A stretch of 64,000 nt of DNA from Candidatus Bathyarchaeota archaeon (GTDB lineage: Archaea; Thermoproteota; Bathyarchaeia; Bathyarchaeales; Bathycorpusculaceae). The notes below the pieces were generated by a model, which was not told the DNA's origin, ran no database searches, and was given only the letters and a program-made list of their open reading frames with translations. Each line of letters begins with the position of its first letter. The stretch's first letter is position 1. The stretch covers positions 1,434,332-1,498,331 of the forward strand of contig CAWEPZ010000011.1 in assembly GCA_963811105.1 (NCBI GenBank). The letters are read 5' to 3'. A program made the position numbers and the translations under genes. Positions 1-9,582 of this stretch are shown piece after piece.

Positions 1-456
1 AATCAAGGACACAACGTCCACATCGATTCTGTAAAAGAATTTGACCAATTCGTCAGCATCGGCACTAAAACCAAGGAAGTCGGCGTTGTCTACATCGGCG
101 GCGGCGTTCCTAAAGACCTCACCCAACTTATCGCCATATCCGTCTCCCCAATGACGTGCGACCAAGGAGTAAAAGGCAGAAAAGGCGGTTTACGCAAAAG
201 CCTACAAGAATACTACTACCCCCACAAATACGCCATACAAATCACCACAGACTCACCTCAATGGGGCGGCTTAAGCGGTTGCACTTTAGAAGAAGCCATC
301 AGCTGGGGCAAAATCAACAGCCAAACAGGAACAAGAGCAGTCTGCTACTGTGACGCAACCATTGCACTGCCACTTATCTGCCATGCATTAGCTGAGCGGG
401 TTCCAGAAAAACGCAAGGGGCCAGACATGAGCTGGCTATTCAAAGGCGTCCAATAA
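1..456 (+). CDS. Deoxyhypusine/homospermidine synthase family protein, C-terminal part (runs off left edge)
   Basis: Frame open from base 1: GVVYIGGGVPKD, YAIQITTDSPQWGGLSGCTLEEAISWGKI, CDATIALP are DHS-family motifs. Confidence 0.9.
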   Translation, partial: NQGHNVHIDSVKEFDQFVSIGTKTKEVGVVYIGGGVPKDLTQLIAISVSPMTCDQGVKGRKGGLRKSLQEYYYPHKYAIQITTDSPQWGGLSGCTLEEAISWGKINSQTGTRAVCYCDATIALPLICHALAERVPEKRKGPDMSWLFKGVQ

Positions 457-469
457 ACGGCCTAAACTT

Positions 470-1435
470 TTATTTTCTTTTCTTTTTGTTTAACCTATCT
501 ATAAGCGAAGCGGTCATTATTGGCATGATTACTGTGGCGTCGCCTTCTATCATTATGCGTTTGGCTTTTTCGCTGATTTTTCCCCATGAGACGGCTTCTC
601 TGGGGCGTGCACCGCTTAGGCTTCCATCCCACTCATCTGCCGTGCTGATGTAAACAACAAAGTCTAAGCCGTCCTTGAACTGATTCCACCAAATCACATG
701 GTGCTTGCTGATGCCTCCGCCAACGATGAGTGCGCCAGTTTGCTTAGCATCAAAAACTATGTTGTTTAGATCATCCTCGTCTTTAAGCAAGTTAATCCTG
801 AAGTCTTTGTGATCCTGGCTGAAGAACCAAAGCTGATAGCCTACAGAACCATCAGTTATGCCTGGTACAAAGACTGGAATGTTGTTTTTGGCTGCCCAAT
901 AAAGAATTGAGCTTTCGCCGCAACGGCGCAGACCAATTTCACGGCACAACTCGCTTGTGGAAAGTTCCCGTTTGCCTTCCTTGTATAGCTCTTCAAGCAG
1001 GCCTAAGATTTTCTGCTCTATAATTATTCCATAGCTATCATTTGGTACAAGCACGTTTCCCAGGCGATTGACACCTTCACGATGGAGTTTTGTGTCGCTC
1101 ATTATGAAGCTGCCTTTGTAGTAATCTTTCCAGCATCGTGCCACGTCATGATCCAATGTTCCACAAGTGGTAATTATTACATCAACAAGTTTGCGTTTTA
1201 CAAGTTCTTTGATAACGCCTCGGGTGCCAGTTGCCACAATATCCGCGGTGAAAGAGAGAAATTTAACACAGTTCCTTGAGTTAATCATGGCTTCCATAAT
1301 GCTGACGCCTGTAGCCAGTTTGCCTGCGGTGAAACCCCATGCCTTGTCCATTTGTTTAACAAGGTCATTTACGGACATATTTTCAGTAAATTGATAATCT
1401 TCCACTGGAACTTTATGTGATTCGTTATGAGACAT
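470..1435 (-). CDS. dys: Deoxyhypusine synthase
   Basis: GFTAGKL, TTCGTLDHD, RLGNVLVP, GGGISKHH, DGSLSGARPREAVSWGKI (catalytic Lys). Confidence 0.93.
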   Translation of the reverse strand: MSHNESHKVPVEDYQFTENMSVNDLVKQMDKAWGFTAGKLATGVSIMEAMINSRNCVKFLSFTADIVATGTRGVIKELVKRKLVDVIITTCGTLDHDVARCWKDYYKGSFIMSDTKLHREGVNRLGNVLVPNDSYGIIIEQKILGLLEELYKEGKRELSTSELCREIGLRRCGESSILYWAAKNNIPVFVPGITDGSVGYQLWFFSQDHKDFRINLLKDEDDLNNIVFDAKQTGALIVGGGISKHHVIWWNQFKDGLDFVVYISTADEWDGSLSGARPREAVSWGKISEKAKRIMIEGDATVIMPIMTASLIDRLNKKKRK

Positions 1436-1500
1436 ATGATAATCACTTGATGCACTTTGTTAAGAAACGTCAAGATAAATACATGTCGAAAAATACTGGG

Positions 1501-2391
1501 CTATTCAGACAAGTAAGAGATGATTCTCTGATAAATGTCCTTGTCCATAGAGTCTTCGTAGCCTGCATAAATGCTTGGATTATCATTAACTTCCACGACA
1601 ACGTAGTTGCCGTCTACTTCTTTGATGTCAACTCCATAGAGCCCTTTACCAACAACACTGCAAGCCTTCAAAGCCACTTCTCTTAGTCCAGCAGGTATCT
1701 CTTGCTTCTTCATGCTTACCGTTCTGCCCCAAATCACCGTTGGTTTGCCCCGAAGTTTTGCGCCGTGCTTCCATTTGCCTTTGGGAATCATGTATTTACA
1801 AACGTAAAGAACATCATCGTTTAAGACTCCTACTCTCCAGTCAAAAGCGGTTGGTGTAAATTTCTGAATGGCTAAAACATCTGATTTCTTAAAGAATCGT
1901 TTGGCAACATCTCTAAAGCTTGTTTCACAAGCAGCCTTCTCCACATAACGCGAGAAACTCGTATACGGTGCCTTTATAACAACAGGTTTTCCGAGCACAT
2001 CGAATACTTCGCTGATTTTTTTGTGATGCAACTCTTCTCTATCAAGGAACATTGTGGGTATGTGCGGCACATTATATTTCTCAAATAAGGCATATTGATG
2101 GATTTTGTTGCCACATATCGTTATAGATTCTGGGTCATCGATAACTTTCAAACCAAGTTCCCATGCAGTTTTAGAAACAACATAAGCCGCATTCAAAGGG
2201 TCAGTTGTTGCTCGAATAAAAACTGCATCATATTTTGGAACATCGGAAATATCTTCACGAAACAAGAAATTGAATTGGTTGCCTGCTTTTTCCGCCGCTT
2301 TCTTGAAGTTTTGAAGAGCGCCTTCCTCTCGAATATCAGTAAAATTATATTTTTCAACAAAGCAGGCGATCTTAGACACCGAAGGGTTCAC
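1501..2391 (-). CDS. RimK-family ATP-grasp ligase
   Basis: FIRATTDP, ICGNK, VVIKAP, DWRVGVL, GLYGVDIKE, VVEVNDNPS. Confidence 0.88.
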   Translation of the reverse strand: MNPSVSKIACFVEKYNFTDIREEGALQNFKKAAEKAGNQFNFLFREDISDVPKYDAVFIRATTDPLNAAYVVSKTAWELGLKVIDDPESITICGNKIHQYALFEKYNVPHIPTMFLDREELHHKKISEVFDVLGKPVVIKAPYTSFSRYVEKAACETSFRDVAKRFFKKSDVLAIQKFTPTAFDWRVGVLNDDVLYVCKYMIPKGKWKHGAKLRGKPTVIWGRTVSMKKQEIPAGLREVALKACSVVGKGLYGVDIKEVDGNYVVVEVNDNPSIYAGYEDSMDKDIYQRIISYLSE

Positions 2392-3073
2392 CCTGCTCAG
2401 AAATGAGCAAAACCTCTTTCGAAATTATTTTCAAGTCTTGTTCGGAAAGCTCCTCTTTGCTTAGGGGTTGCAGTCCACACAAATAAGCTTTCTCTTGCGT
2501 TTTTTGAAGGTGGAGTTTGCATACAGGGATTTTGAAGGTTTCATAAACTTTCTGCGCGATTTCTTGTGTCTGCGGATCTTCATCGACTGTTTTGCCTAAG
2601 AAAGATTTGATGGTGACGAGTTCACCTTTGAATGGCTGAGCGCATACAGCGAATTTGTAGTTCATGCCCAGGCTTTTCATAGCTCGGTATAGGGCGCTTT
2701 TGTTTTGGGCGATTTTGTAGCCGTCATAAATGAAAGGATTCACCGCAAAAACGATTACAGGCAAGCCAAGTTCCATAGTTATCTTTTTTACAGAGTCTGT
2801 AACGAGAGAGGGCAAAGTTGGAATTCCAGCTTTAGCCGCTCGGAGGAGAAGAATAGGGATTCTGCTTGAGTCAATGATATTTTCGCATGATGGAATAACT
2901 CGGTTGCCTAGAATCTCGGCATGCATCGACACATAATACCCTGATTTCATGTATCGGTATTCATTATTGATGTTGAGTGTGGATTCTTTGATTGTGGATT
3001 CTAAAAACGATGCGGGCTTCATTACTTGAAGATTAGGGGTTAGGTCGATGTTTGAGACGACCAACACGGTCAT
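2372..3073 (-). CDS. RLAN (RimK-like ATP-grasp N-terminal) domain protein
   Basis: NINNEYRYMKSGYYVSMHAEILGNRVIPS matches the RLAN signature; overlaps the downstream ATP-grasp gene. Confidence 0.8.
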   Translation of the reverse strand: MTVLVVSNIDLTPNLQVMKPASFLESTIKESTLNINNEYRYMKSGYYVSMHAEILGNRVIPSCENIIDSSRIPILLLRAAKAGIPTLPSLVTDSVKKITMELGLPVIVFAVNPFIYDGYKIAQNKSALYRAMKSLGMNYKFAVCAQPFKGELVTIKSFLGKTVDEDPQTQEIAQKVYETFKIPVCKLHLQKTQEKAYLCGLQPLSKEELSEQDLKIISKEVLLISEQGEPFGV

Positions 3074-3127
3074 GAGACACCAGGTAATTAAAAGGCGTTA
3101 TTCGTGTAGTTATATTTAAGATTAACT

Positions 3128-4366
3128 ATGTTTATATTCGCATCCAAATTAGCGCTAAACAAAAAGAGGCACAACTTTACGTATAAGACACTTGAAGTGC
3201 TTGGACCAGAACTTGAATACTCGCTTGTAAACCAAGAACTAAAGCCCCTGCCCATCTCTGACAAAATCATAAAAGGTTACTGCGGAAAAACCATTAATTT
3301 TGTAGAACAACCATCATTCACGTTTGGAAAAGAAATGCAACTGCATGTAATGGAAGTAAAAGCCTCCTCTCCCTTCAAATCACCTATTCAATTTGAAGAG
3401 ACTATGCAGAACGCAGTTTCAACCCTCAACCAAATCCTGAAAAAACAAGGTGCTTTGCTTCTTGGTACAGGAATGCATCCGCTGCTACAGTTGAAGGACA
3501 CTGCCGTCTGGCCACACTATCACAGAAAAATCTATCAGGAATATGGCAAAATTTTCAATCTAAACCAACATGGCTGGCTAAATATCCAAAGCTTCCACCT
3601 AAATCTCCCATTCCAAAAAGAAGCTGATGGTATCCAAATCCATAATTTGCTTGCTAACTTGTGCGCTTATCTTCCAGCAATTGCTGCTTCCTCACCCATA
3701 TACGAAGGCAAGAACGGAGTCGACATTGACAATCGCTTGCAATTCTACAAGGTAAACCAAAAAGAAATTCCATCTATAACTGCAGAAGTCATCCCAGAAT
3801 ATATTACTTCAATTGCCCAGTACAAAAGAGATGTTATTGAGCGGTACTCTAATGATTTAGCTAAAGCTGGAGCAGCTAAGACGCTGTTGAAGCGGGAGTG
3901 GGTTAATTCAAGAGGGGTAATTTTCCGATTTGATCGTTCAGCCCTTGAAGTTCGTGTGATGGATGAACAGGAATGTGTTAAATCAGATGTGGCACTGAGT
4001 TGTTTTATTCGTGCTGCACTTAGAGGATTAATGGAATTGAAGTCTGAGCTTTTGCCGCATGACCTGCTGGTTAAGGACTTTAACGCAATAGTTCACAGAG
4101 GGTTAAACGCTGAAGTTTCAAATCCAAATGGCAAAACAGCGAGGCAAGTATGCCAACACTATCTTCACATTGCAGAAAGGTACGCTGATGAAGATGAGAA
4201 AAACTATATTTGGATTATCAAGAAACGCCTGGACGATGGCAATCTATCTGACCTCATAAAGAACAGGGTCTCAAGGTGCGCCCAGAAAACCGATTTCCAC
4301 GAAGCAATCACAAACGTTTATTCAACGCTTATTAAGTGCCTTTCCGATAATGAACCCTATTTCTAA
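3128..4366 (+). CDS. Glutamate-cysteine ligase family 2 (GCS2/YbdK-like) carboxylate-amine ligase; start uncertain
   Basis: GPELEYS, KEMQLHVME, GTGMHP, QSFHLN, ASSPIYEG, NSRGVIFRFDRSALEVRVMDEQE. Confidence 0.88.
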   Translation: MFIFASKLALNKKRHNFTYKTLEVLGPELEYSLVNQELKPLPISDKIIKGYCGKTINFVEQPSFTFGKEMQLHVMEVKASSPFKSPIQFEETMQNAVSTLNQILKKQGALLLGTGMHPLLQLKDTAVWPHYHRKIYQEYGKIFNLNQHGWLNIQSFHLNLPFQKEADGIQIHNLLANLCAYLPAIAASSPIYEGKNGVDIDNRLQFYKVNQKEIPSITAEVIPEYITSIAQYKRDVIERYSNDLAKAGAAKTLLKREWVNSRGVIFRFDRSALEVRVMDEQECVKSDVALSCFIRAALRGLMELKSELLPHDLLVKDFNAIVHRGLNAEVSNPNGKTARQVCQHYLHIAERYADEDEKNYIWIIKKRLDDGNLSDLIKNRVSRCAQKTDFHEAITNVYSTLIKCLSDNEPYF

Positions 4367-4380
4367 AAAAGGTAACCCCA

Positions 4381-4926
4381 ATGGCACAAGACAACAAGGG
4401 AGTAACCTATTCATTTGATGTATGTGGTCAATGCAGACGCATCTGCTGTCAAGACGCAAAACCCCCATTAACCAAAAAACGAAAAAAAATCATCGAAGAA
4501 TACCTAAAAAAACAAAAAATAAACGTTGAACAACCATTTGCCAGAGAACAGTATTCCTATCCGGCAGTTGACGAACTTGTTTTCTGCAGGCTCTTTAACA
4601 AGTTAACAGGAAAATGCTCCGTTCACCCAGTCAAACCTGAAACATGCGTAGCTGGACCCATAACTTTTGACATAAATTTTAAAACAAAGAAAGTTGAGTG
4701 GTTTCTTAAAAGAGATTCAATTTGCGCTTTTGCAGGGATTTTATACAAAAATAAAAATGTTTTCGAGGAACATGTTGAAGCAGCTAAGAAAGAGTTAACT
4801 CAGCTTATATGTGAACTTGGGCTTGAAGAATTGCTTGCCGTCGTTAAAGTTGAGGAACCGCAAACTTTCAAAATCGGTGAAGATGACTTGCCCTTGGAAG
4901 TTTCTCGCAAGCTTGATTTAAGATAA
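4381..4926 (+). CDS. YkgJ-family (CxxCxxCC) cysteine cluster protein
   Basis: CGQCRRICC...FCRLF...CSVHPVKPETCVAGP. Confidence 0.82.
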   Translation: MAQDNKGVTYSFDVCGQCRRICCQDAKPPLTKKRKKIIEEYLKKQKINVEQPFAREQYSYPAVDELVFCRLFNKLTGKCSVHPVKPETCVAGPITFDINFKTKKVEWFLKRDSICAFAGILYKNKNVFEEHVEAAKKELTQLICELGLEELLAVVKVEEPQTFKIGEDDLPLEVSRKLDLR

Positions 4927-4927
4927 T

Positions 4928-5257
4928 TTATAGGAAGCCAGCTTCCCTTAATTTAAGTGCCGCAGCAATGTTGCCTTTGAACTTGATTTTTCCGGTAAAA
5001 AAGGCTTTTTCAGCGCTTAATTTTTTGTTTACCATATCCATGAAGTCTGTATCCGAGGCTTTCAAAGTTAATGAAGGTGATGGATGAGTTCCTTTCGTTA
5101 TTTGTAGTTTTTGGTCTTTGACGATGACTACCCACTCGCCTCCGCTTGGACCGTTTAATATTAGTTGAATTATAACATCAATGCCTGCGGTTTTCTCAGG
5201 TTTGAATCTTGCAGGTAGAGCTTCTTGAAAAAAGTTATTAGGCGTTGTGGCTTCCAT
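4928..5257 (-). CDS. SCP2 sterol-binding domain protein
   Basis: GGEWVVIVKD, AFFTGKIKFKGN. Confidence 0.85.
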   Translation of the reverse strand: MEATTPNNFFQEALPARFKPEKTAGIDVIIQLILNGPSGGEWVVIVKDQKLQITKGTHPSPSLTLKASDTDFMDMVNKKLSAEKAFFTGKIKFKGNIAAALKLREAGFL

Positions 5258-5315
5258 GATTTCAACCGTTTCTAGCTATTCTGCTTGACTTAAGTTATTT
5301 GAACTTATTGTTAGT

Positions 5316-6074
5316 TTAGCGGAAGAGGTCTCTTTCTTTTGCTCTTATTAGTTCAGTTGGCGGGATGTTATCGTTTGATTGGTAATTGTATCCGCGAATG
5401 ATGGCTGCTGGTATTCCCTCATTTGCTTGACCGATAACCAATTCTGCTGCTGAAGCTAACTCGTCGCCGATTGCGGTTTGCTTAACTTTAAGAACGTACC
5501 CGAAAAGGTCTTTTTCGCCTCGCCTGTCTCTAATAGGTTTAAGGCCTGCAACGCCAACAGCCACGTTAATTTCTCCCAGTCGAAAAGGTCTGCCATGCGT
5601 ATCAGAAACAATTACTGCAACATTGGTTCCGGTTAACCGCTTAATTTCTTGCCTGATGTTTTGTGCAGATGCATTGGGGTTTTTTGGTAATGGCACGACG
5701 TTTCTGTTGCCTGAAACATTAGATCTGTCAACGCCAGCATTAGCGCTGACGCTTCCACTTTTCGTTTCTGTTATAATGCTGTTTTGAGCAATCCGAACGA
5801 TGTCTGAGGATTCTCTTAGTATGACTTCAACGAGGGCTGGATCCTTGTTTGTTTTTTGTGCGATTTCTATGGCTTTTTCTGAAGGAATTATTTCGTCAAG
5901 ATTGATTATGTTTCCTTCTGCTTTTGAAACGACTACATGTGTTATGACAATGATGTCCTTATCTTGTAGAGGTGTCTTCTGCTTTTTGGCAGCGTTTACG
6001 ATAAGCTCTCCCAAGTTGTCTTTCGGCTTTATTAATGGTAAACCTTCAACTGCGATTATTTCTACCGGCTCCAT
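5316..6074 (-). CDS. cofE: Coenzyme F420-0:L-glutamate ligase
   Basis: GLPLIKPKD, VVSKAEG, ANAGVDRSN, DTHGRPFRLG, DLFGYVL, DELASAA. Confidence 0.95.
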   Translation of the reverse strand: MEPVEIIAVEGLPLIKPKDNLGELIVNAAKKQKTPLQDKDIIVITHVVVSKAEGNIINLDEIIPSEKAIEIAQKTNKDPALVEVILRESSDIVRIAQNSIITETKSGSVSANAGVDRSNVSGNRNVVPLPKNPNASAQNIRQEIKRLTGTNVAVIVSDTHGRPFRLGEINVAVGVAGLKPIRDRRGEKDLFGYVLKVKQTAIGDELASAAELVIGQANEGIPAAIIRGYNYQSNDNIPPTELIRAKERDLFR

Positions 6075-6242
6075 GTTTAGTTGTCCTCTTGAACACAGTG
6101 TTTTGTGCTACTTACGCACATTAACTATAAAACTTCTCTCCTGGGAAACCAAGAGGGCATACAAGTTATCTTCCTGTAAGTCGGGGTGCGACAGCTTTTT
6201 AAAGCATATAATTAATTACAATTCCTCAGGAGCGAACCAAGG

Positions 6243-6527
6243 ATGGATTACCCTAAACTAGTTGAATTGGTTCCTGATGAAAAATTGGGGCCATTATCTG
6301 ATCAACTGCTCAGTTTTATTTTAACCACTAAAAATGAAGGAAAAATGCCAACTAAACTTGCTAACACAATGCTTTCTAAGATGCAGCAGGGAGCAATAAA
6401 AAGCAAAACTGGAGTTGCAATCTTAATTGAAGCCGCAATTTTGCTTGAACCAGAAAAAACCATGACGGCAATAGGTGAAATGCAAATGCCACAGTTGGCA
6501 GAAGAAATAAAGAAAGGAGGCATGTAA
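6243..6527 (+). CDS. Hypothetical helical protein co-transcribed with mer
   Basis: 94-aa ORF ending 1 nt before mer; its end carries mer's GGAGG RBS. Confidence 0.7.
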   Translation: MDYPKLVELVPDEKLGPLSDQLLSFILTTKNEGKMPTKLANTMLSKMQQGAIKSKTGVAILIEAAILLEPEKTMTAIGEMQMPQLAEEIKKGGM

Positions 6528-6528
6528 A

Positions 6529-7524
6529 TTGGCACTAAAGTTTGGTATTGAATTTGTTCCAAAAGAACCTTACTGGAAACTTGCTGCCTACGCGATACAA
6601 GCTGAAAACTGCGGCTTCGATAATCTTTGGGTAACTGACCATTTCGGTAACCGCAACGTTTACGTTACTTTGGCGGCTGCAGCCCTATATACTAACAAAA
6701 TCACCTTCGGCACAGGCGTAACTAACCCATGGATGGTTAACCCGGTCATAACTGCACAAGCAATTGCAACACTAAATGAGTTGGCCCCTGGAAGAGTTGT
6801 CCTTGGAATGGGAGCAGGAGACAAAACCACTCTTGAGGCCGTCGGCATAGACATGGGCAAACCATTAGCCGCTGTAAGAGAAGCCATAGACATGTTCCGC
6901 AAACTAACAGCTGGCGAAAAAGTTGCTTTCCAAGGTGAAGTCTTCAAAGCAGCAGGCGCCAAACTGAACTTTAAACCAGCAAACAAAATCCCAGTTTACG
7001 TTGGGGCACAGGGTCCAAAGATGCTGGAGATGGCTGGAAAAATCGGCGACGGTGTCCTCATCAATGCGAGCCACCCAAGTGACATAGAATTCGCTGTTAA
7101 GATGGCAAGTGAAGGAATGAAGCAGGCAGGCAAATCACCAAGTGACGTTGATATAACGGCATATACTTCATTCTCAGTTAACGAGGACCCGAAAAAAGCA
7201 GTGAAAGCCGCAACACCAGTCGTAGCATTCATAGTTGCAGGCAGTCCACCGCCAGTGCTTGAAAAACACAAAATAGATGTAGCTAAAGCAGACGAACTTC
7301 GTGCAGCGTTGAAAGTCGGTGACTTCCCAAAAGCCTTAGCAGCAGTTACACCAGAAATGATTGATGCTTTCTCTATATGCGGCACACCAGATGTTTGCAT
7401 TGAGAAAATCGCGGGTCTGCAAAAAATCGGCATCAGCCAATTCGTAGTCGGCTCGCCAATCGGTACAAACGTTAAGAACTCAATTGACTTAATCGGCAGC
7501 AAAATCATCCCCCGCTTTAAATAA
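6529..7524 (+). CDS. mer: F420-dependent methylene-H4MPT reductase
   Basis: KFGIEFVP, WVTDH, GTGVTNP, GMGAGD, VGAQGPKML, DGVLINASHP, VVGSPIG. Confidence 0.95.
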   Translation: MALKFGIEFVPKEPYWKLAAYAIQAENCGFDNLWVTDHFGNRNVYVTLAAAALYTNKITFGTGVTNPWMVNPVITAQAIATLNELAPGRVVLGMGAGDKTTLEAVGIDMGKPLAAVREAIDMFRKLTAGEKVAFQGEVFKAAGAKLNFKPANKIPVYVGAQGPKMLEMAGKIGDGVLINASHPSDIEFAVKMASEGMKQAGKSPSDVDITAYTSFSVNEDPKKAVKAATPVVAFIVAGSPPPVLEKHKIDVAKADELRAALKVGDFPKALAAVTPEMIDAFSICGTPDVCIEKIAGLQKIGISQFVVGSPIGTNVKNSIDLIGSKIIPRFK

Positions 7525-7532
7525 GCATGTTA

Positions 7533-7548
7533 GCGCCCAAACGGGCGC
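7533..7548 (+). terminator. GC hairpin after mer
   Basis: GCGCCC-AAAC-GGGCGC with a T run shortly downstream. Confidence 0.4.
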
Positions 7549-7634
7549 ATCTAAATATTTTTAGGCAACCAGCTAAACAAACTAAGAAATAACAGCTGTA
7601 ATGCTTGTAATGGATGTTCTCGTGGTGCCTCTAA

Positions 7635-8273
7635 ATGGTTGTCTATGCGATTGTGCCAGTAAAGAGAATTGGTGTTTCTAAGAGACGGCTCTCTCAAAGC
7701 TTAAGCTTGCAGGAACGTAAATCTTTAACCGTCGCCATGCTTGAGGACGTTTTGCAGGCGCTGAAGGCATCAGTTGTTAGCAAAGTCTTAGTTGTAAGCA
7801 ATGACCTGAATGTTCGGCCGATTGCTGAACGGTATGGCGTTTCCTTCTTTTCTCCTCTTCGCAAAGGTTTGAATTCTGCCATTGAAGAAGCATTTGTTTG
7901 GTGTATGAGAAACAAAGCTGATTCAGTACTTGTCCTCCCAGCTGACATTCCCCTCGTAGCACCCAAAGACATTGATATAATGGTAAAATTGGGATCCGAT
8001 GGAAGACGAGTACTCTTGGTTCCTTCCAGAGATTGTGGTACAAACGCTTTTTTCCAATGCCCACTACATCTGGTCCGTGCTTGTTTTGGCCCTGACAGTT
8101 TCATCAAACACGCGAAGGAAGCGTGCGTTAATGGGGTTTGTGTTAAGTTTTATTATTCGCTGGGTGTAGGTTTGGATATTGATTCGGTTGAAGATCTGCA
8201 GGTTTTGCTTAAGGTTGAAAATAGCACGTTAAGTAAACAGGCTTTGCAGAAATTTAAGTTGACAAAAAATTGA
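7635..8273 (+). CDS. cofC: 2-phospho-L-lactate/PEP guanylyltransferase
   Basis: AIVPVK, SKRRLS, AMLEDV, GLNSA, PADIP, GTNA, FGPDSF..H, DIDSVEDL. Confidence 0.92.
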   Translation: MVVYAIVPVKRIGVSKRRLSQSLSLQERKSLTVAMLEDVLQALKASVVSKVLVVSNDLNVRPIAERYGVSFFSPLRKGLNSAIEEAFVWCMRNKADSVLVLPADIPLVAPKDIDIMVKLGSDGRRVLLVPSRDCGTNAFFQCPLHLVRACFGPDSFIKHAKEACVNGVCVKFYYSLGVGLDIDSVEDLQVLLKVENSTLSKQALQKFKLTKN

Positions 8274-8311
8274 AAAAATAGGTTTTTTGTTACCTATTCT
8301 TTTAGGGATGT

Positions 8312-8983
8312 TTAAGCGCGTGGAACGCCGATTAGGCGGATACCTGCACCTTTAATCTTATAGCGTATGTTTATGGCTATGAGCGCTGCAGTCATGGTTT
8401 CAACAATAACGGCGTTTTGTATCATGCCAGCGTCGAAAGCGTCAATGCCTACTTTTTTAATTAAGCTTATGACCATGTCGCGTGTTTCTCTATCTGCACC
8501 AACAACAAGAACATCTGTTTCTATTTTTTCGTCAAATTTTTCTAGTTGTTCAGGGCTGATGTTTTGGAATGCATCGACAACTTTGGTTTCTGCGCCGAAG
8601 AAGTTTTGGATTTCCATTGCGATCGATCCGTTTGGGTTGATTCGTGCTCTGCTTTTCTTTTCTGCATCAAGTGATGAGGCGATGTTTATGATTATTTTTC
8701 CTGCTGCGGCGGGTTTGATGTCTTCAAGAATGGGTTTCATGCCATCATAGGGTACCGCAAGCAAAACAATGTCAGCTTTGGCTGTTGCATCTCTATTAGT
8801 GTAACCTTCGACATTTTTTAAATTAAATTGTGTGTTCATGTTGTTTGCGGTTGTTTGTGCTTTCAGAGCATCTCTGGAACCGATCAAAGTCCGGACGCCT
8901 ACTTTTGCGAAACGTGCAGCTATTGCGCTTCCTTCTTTGCCTGTGCCGCCGATTATGGCGAGCGAGGGATTAGGGTTAGACAT
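8312..8983 (-). CDS. fno: F420H2:NADP+ oxidoreductase
   Basis: IIGGTGKEG, IGSRD, LAVPY, AFQNIS, GAGIRLIG; probable ATG at 8983. Confidence 0.92.
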   Translation of the reverse strand: MSNPNPSLAIIGGTGKEGSAIAARFAKVGVRTLIGSRDALKAQTTANNMNTQFNLKNVEGYTNRDATAKADIVLLAVPYDGMKPILEDIKPAAAGKIIINIASSLDAEKKSRARINPNGSIAMEIQNFFGAETKVVDAFQNISPEQLEKFDEKIETDVLVVGADRETRDMVISLIKKVGIDAFDAGMIQNAVIVETMTAALIAINIRYKIKGAGIRLIGVPRA

Positions 8984-9238
8984 TTTCTTTTTCCTCTTGA
9001 GCTTAGTCATGTTTGATTGTTTTTATTTTTTTCGGGTGTTTGGATGATTTAATATGCGATAAACGTTAGTGGTTTCTTGCTCTTTTCTCTCCTCAAACGT
9101 CTCTCTATATTTTGGCAGAACGGCCAAATGGGTGTGCGTAACGATAGTTGTTTATCAATTGATGCCGAGAAGGTAATTTTTTGAACTGTTTGTTTTGGGT
9201 TGCTTTTTTTAATTTAAGCTTGAATTGTTTGCAGGTTG

Positions 9239-9293
9239 AGTCCCTAAAAAGTCAATAGAAGTCAGTTTGAGTCAATAAAAGTCTAAATTAGTC
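9239..9293. repeat. AGTC repeated with 10-bp period
   Basis: AGTC at 9250, 9260, 9270, 9280, 9290, plus 9239. Confidence 0.65.
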
Positions 9294-9582
9294 AAAAAAA
9301 ATCGATGCCGTCAAACCAGCGCTTTAATCGTAAGGTTGTTGTCTCTATCTTTTGCTAATAGGAAATATGCTCCGATAGCAAAAAACGGTATTATCCGATT
9401 TAGAATTTGTTTACACTTTGGTTAAGTTTCATGGCCCCTATGAATTTGTTTAAAATATTAAGCAAATCCTCATTTTCTTAGCAAGCACTTAATTCACGAA
9501 GAACATTTTTCATAGAACTCGAATTGTAAGTTGTTTTCAAACGATCGCCTTTGCCATTAAGCGGCTTTGCGACAAAATTAAT

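Noticed and set aside
5800-8107. Antisense ORFs such as 5800-6261, 6996-7508 and 7694-8107, and similar ones throughout
   Set aside because: Shadow frames opposite well-supported genes, with no motifs.
5316-9010. Absence of cofD from the F420 cluster
   Set aside because: It may lie elsewhere in the genome; not assessable from this window.
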